From Octopus sinensis (lineage: Eukaryota): 9,645 nt of DNA. The notes beneath the pieces are model-generated. The model saw only the letters and a list, made by a program, of their open reading frames with translations, was not told where the DNA came from and ran no database searches. The position numbers and the translations under genes were made by a program. How positions within the stretch are numbered: the first letter of the stretch is position 1; each line of letters opens with the position of its first letter. Positions 7,013 through 9,645 of the stretch are shown one piece after another. The stretch lies in the NCBI RefSeq assembly GCF_006345805.1, contig NW_021827880.1, forward strand, positions 1 to 9,645, written 5' to 3'.

Positions 7013-7204
7013 ACCGTTAGCGATTTTTTTCCTCTGTCTTCCCTTCTCTGGATCTTTCCTTCTCCTATGTTTCCGACGAAGAGCTCCCCTCGAAACGTTA
7101 AACCCTCCTGCTTCCCTTCCTTCCTGAGCGTCCAATAATACTATATTTGTTGCACGTCCTCGCGTTGTTGTGTTTTCTCTTTGTGTTTTCATGTTTGGAT
7201 TAAC
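7013..7204 (+). mobile_element. Penelope-like pseudo-LTR-type repeat, copy 2, flanked by (TA)n on both sides
   Basis: Direct repeat of 5281-5472. (TA)n at ~6992-7012 and ~7207-7255. Confidence 0.65.
7069..7103 (+). ncRNA. Minimal type I hammerhead ribozyme motif, copy 2
   Basis: GTTT-CCGACGA-A-GAG(CTCCC)CTC-GAA-ACGT-T-AAAC. A G>C change shortens stem II to 3 bp; the core is identical to copy 1. Confidence 0.55.
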
Positions 7205-7376
7205 TTTATATATATATATATATATATTATAATATATATATATGTATATATATATTGGTTCACAATAATTTTCTATCGTCTCGGCTTAACAGCTCTCATC
7301 GTTTGTTTTTACACTGTTATTCTCCTTGTCTTGTCTTTTACTGTTTGTATTGGTATTTGAATTTGAATTTGTATTT

Positions 7377-8359
7377 GCAGACGAAATACATATTTCTTTA
7401 CTGCCCACAAGGGGCTAAACATAGAGGGGACAAACAAGAACAGAAAAACGGATTGAGTCGATTATATCGATCCCACTGCATAACTGGTACTTAATTTATC
7501 GATCCCGAAAGGATGAAAGACAAAGTCGACCTCGGCAGAATTTGAACTCAGAACGTAGCGGCAGACGAAATACCTATTTCTTTACTGCCCACAAGGGGCT
7601 AAACATAGAGGGGACAAACAAGGACAGGCAAACGGATTGAGTCGATTATATCGATCCCACTGCATAACTGGTACTTAATTTATCGACCCCGAAAGGATGA
7701 AAGACAAAGTCGACCTCGGCAGAATTTGAACTCAGAACGTAGCGGCAGACGAAATACCTATTTCTTTACTACCCACAAGGGGCTAAACATAGAGGGGACA
7801 AACAAGAACAGAAAAACGGGTTAAGTCGATTATATCGACCCCAGTGCGTAACTGGTACTTAATTTATCGATCCCGAAAGGATGAAAGACAAAGTCGACCT
7901 CGGCAGAATTTGAACTCAGAACGTAGCGGCAGACGAAATACCTATTTCTTTACTACCCACAAGGGGCTAAACACAGAGAGGACAAACAAGAACAGAAAAA
8001 CGGGTTAAGTCGATTATATCGACCCCAGTGCGTAACTGGTACTTAATTTATCGATCCCGAAAGGATGAAAGACAAAGTCGACCTCGGCAGAATTTGAACT
8101 CAGAACGTAGCGGCAGACGAAATACCTATTTCTTTACTACCCACAAGGGGCTAAACACAGAGAGGACAAACAAGAACAGAAAAACGGGTTAAGTCGATTA
8201 TATCGACCCCACTGCGTAACTGGTACTTAATTTATCGACCCCGAAAGGATGAAAGGCAAAGTCGACCTCGGCGGAATTTGAACTCAGAACATAGCGACAG
8301 ACGAAATACGGCTACGCATTTCGCCCGGCGTGCTAACGTTTCTGCCAGCTCGCCGCCTT
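7377..8359 (-). mobile_element. SINE B-derived tandem array: head (8311-8359) + 5 x 184-bp units + ~14 nt of a sixth
   Basis: Plus-strand units begin TATTTCTTTACT at 7391, 7575, 7759, 7943 and 8127 (184-bp period). The head is the reverse complement of AAGGCGGCGAGCTGGCAGAAACGTTAGCACGCCGGGCGAAATGC. Same junction as the 4651 array. Confidence 0.95.
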
Positions 8360-8436
8360 TCTTTTCCTAATCGCTTGATAAGATCAAGAGAACGATACAT
8401 ACAGTAGTATGTCGTAAATTATCACGCACGTTCATT

Positions 8437-8474
8437 CACACACACACACACACACCACACACACACACACACAC

Positions 8475-8516
<42 letters not shown>
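8437..8516. repeat. (CA)n microsatellite
   Basis: Direct inspection. Confidence 0.97.
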
Positions 8517-8519
<3 letters not shown>

Positions 8520-8619
8520 GCACATTCACAAACACACACTCACATTTACACATACACGCACCAACTCCCGCATGTGAAGCAGTACAGTGAAACTTGACTT
8601 ACGTCTATATACAAATATG

Positions 8620-8712
8620 TATACACACACATAAATGTGTGTGTGTCTGTGTATGTGAGTATGTATGCATGTTTATGTGTGCGTGTGTGTATATTTATAT
8701 GTGTGTATGTAT
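8620..8712. repeat. (CA)/(TG)/(TA) compound low-complexity tract
   Basis: Includes the hairpin ACACACACAT-AA-ATGTGTGTGT. Confidence 0.85.
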
Positions 8713-8919
8713 ATTCTTTGCTACAGAACTCATTGTTCAACCCCTATAAATCTCATAATTATTTTACACATGCTTCGCCAGCCACTTAGAACTAACGAGA
8801 TGATGAGGTAGGCGGTAATGCGAATTAACTTAACTAATGTTAATAAATATTTACTCAAATATTAAGATGCTTAGAAGTCTGTGATGTAAATCGGTAACAC
8901 CTCCTTCTATTTGTGGATA

Positions 8920-8967
8920 CAGATGGCTTAGTGGTTATTTTGTCGTGCTTATGATCGTGAGATTGTA
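8920..8967 (+). mobile_element. CORE-type tRNA SINE (family C), 5' part, split by the mariner
   Basis: A box TGGCTTAGTGG at 8924-8934. Continues after the mariner into GTTTCGATTCC. Confidence 0.7.
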
Positions 8968-9543
8968 TTGGGTTGTCCGGAAAGTTCGTGTCGATTTATA
9001 GTAGCTTACATTTCGACTTATTTTAGAACATGGTTGAGTCCATAAAATAGGATTTGACTACACCTCCATTTAGAGCACAGTTTAAGCTATCTTTTCGTGG
9101 AAGAAGATTGATGTTCCTATAACCTGTGTTAATTCTGTAACCCTTTAAAATGGAAGATAAGAAAGTTCATTTTCGGCACTTGATGCTTTGGGAACCAGAC
9201 AAAAATTGCTGCAGCTCAGGCTGCGATGTGTTTACGTCACCCTCCATATTCACCAGATATTGCTCCTTCGGATTTCCACTTATTCAGGTCTCTGCAGAAT
9301 AGTCTTAATGGTAGAAATTTCATTCCTTTATGACGTAAAAAGATACCTTGATGAATTCTTTGCCATGAAACCACCTCAATTCTGGGAAGAGGGTATTTTC
9401 AAGTTAAAGGAAAGATGGAGACGCATTGTGCAACAAAATGGTTTATATTTGGTTGATTAAAAATGTAATGGCAAGTATTTATTAACCTTTTTCTTTCCTT
9501 TAAAAATCGGCACGAACTTTCCAATAGTTTGGGCACAACCCAA
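8968..9543 (+). mobile_element. Internally deleted, non-autonomous mariner (Tc1/mariner, DD34D) DNA transposon
   Basis: TA TSD at 8966-8967 and 9544-9545. 5' TIR TTGGGTTGTCCGGAAAGTTCGTGTCGATTT (8968-8997). 3' TIR AAATCGGCACGAACTTTCC[insert]G..ACAACCCAA (9504-9543). Transposase remnants lie inside. Confidence 0.95.
9150..9460 (+). pseudogene. Mariner transposase pseudogene (N-terminal 15 codons fused to a frameshifted C-terminus)
   Basis: MEDKKVHFRHLMLWE (9150-9194), then after a large deletion TRQKLLQL, HPPYSPDIAPSDFHLFRSLQNSLNG (9238 onward; YSPD motif and third catalytic Asp at 9271-9273) and DVKRYLDEFFAMKPPQFWEEGIFKLKERWRRIVQQNGLYLVD*. Confidence 0.93.
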
Positions 9544-9645
9544 TAGTTTCGATTCCTTGATCGAGCGATGTGTTGTGTTCTTGAGCAAATTATGTTCTTG
9601 AGCAAAACACTTCCTTTCACGTTGCTTCAGTCCACTCAGGTGGTA
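9544..9645 (+). mobile_element. CORE-type tRNA SINE (family C), 3' continuation to the window end
   Basis: B-box-like GTTTCGATTCC (9546-9556), then TGTGTTCTTGAGCAAAACACTT...TTCACGTTGCTTCAGTCCACTCAG, a CORE-like motif. Internal 14-bp duplication TGTTCTTGAGCAAA (9576-9589/9593-9606). Confidence 0.72.

Noticed and set aside
9188-9460. The 90-aa ORF as a functional protein
   Set aside because: It is a chimera of out-of-frame and in-frame pieces of a deleted, frameshifted mariner transposase that lacks the DNA-binding domain and the first two catalytic Asp residues.

Overview
AT-rich, repeat-saturated eukaryotic DNA, probably intronic or intergenic. The SINE families look like those I recall from Octopus (cephalopod) genomes; this is recognition from memory, not a database result. 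There is no intact gene. Most ORFs in the supplied track are read-throughs of (CA)n, (TA)n or (TTA)n microsatellites. In order, the window holds: two copies of a ~0.55-kb (TAA)n-flanked element abutting the decayed 3' end of an RLE-type (R4/Dong-like) non-LTR retrotransposon; several tRNA-derived SINEs of three families; one candidate minus-strand exon; a compound (CA)n/(CG)n tract with a higher-order duplication; a fold-back centred on (TA)n; two SINE-derived tandem arrays of a 184-bp unit (3 and 5 units, opposite orientations, identical junction); between the arrays, two direct ~190-bp repeats each carrying a Penelope-type minimal hammerhead ribozyme motif; a SINE with an inverted 5' half; and an internally deleted mariner inserted into a CORE-type SINE head. 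The most notable observations are the head-once/body-many SINE arrays, the paired hammerhead repeats, and the (TAA)n-associated element cluster.
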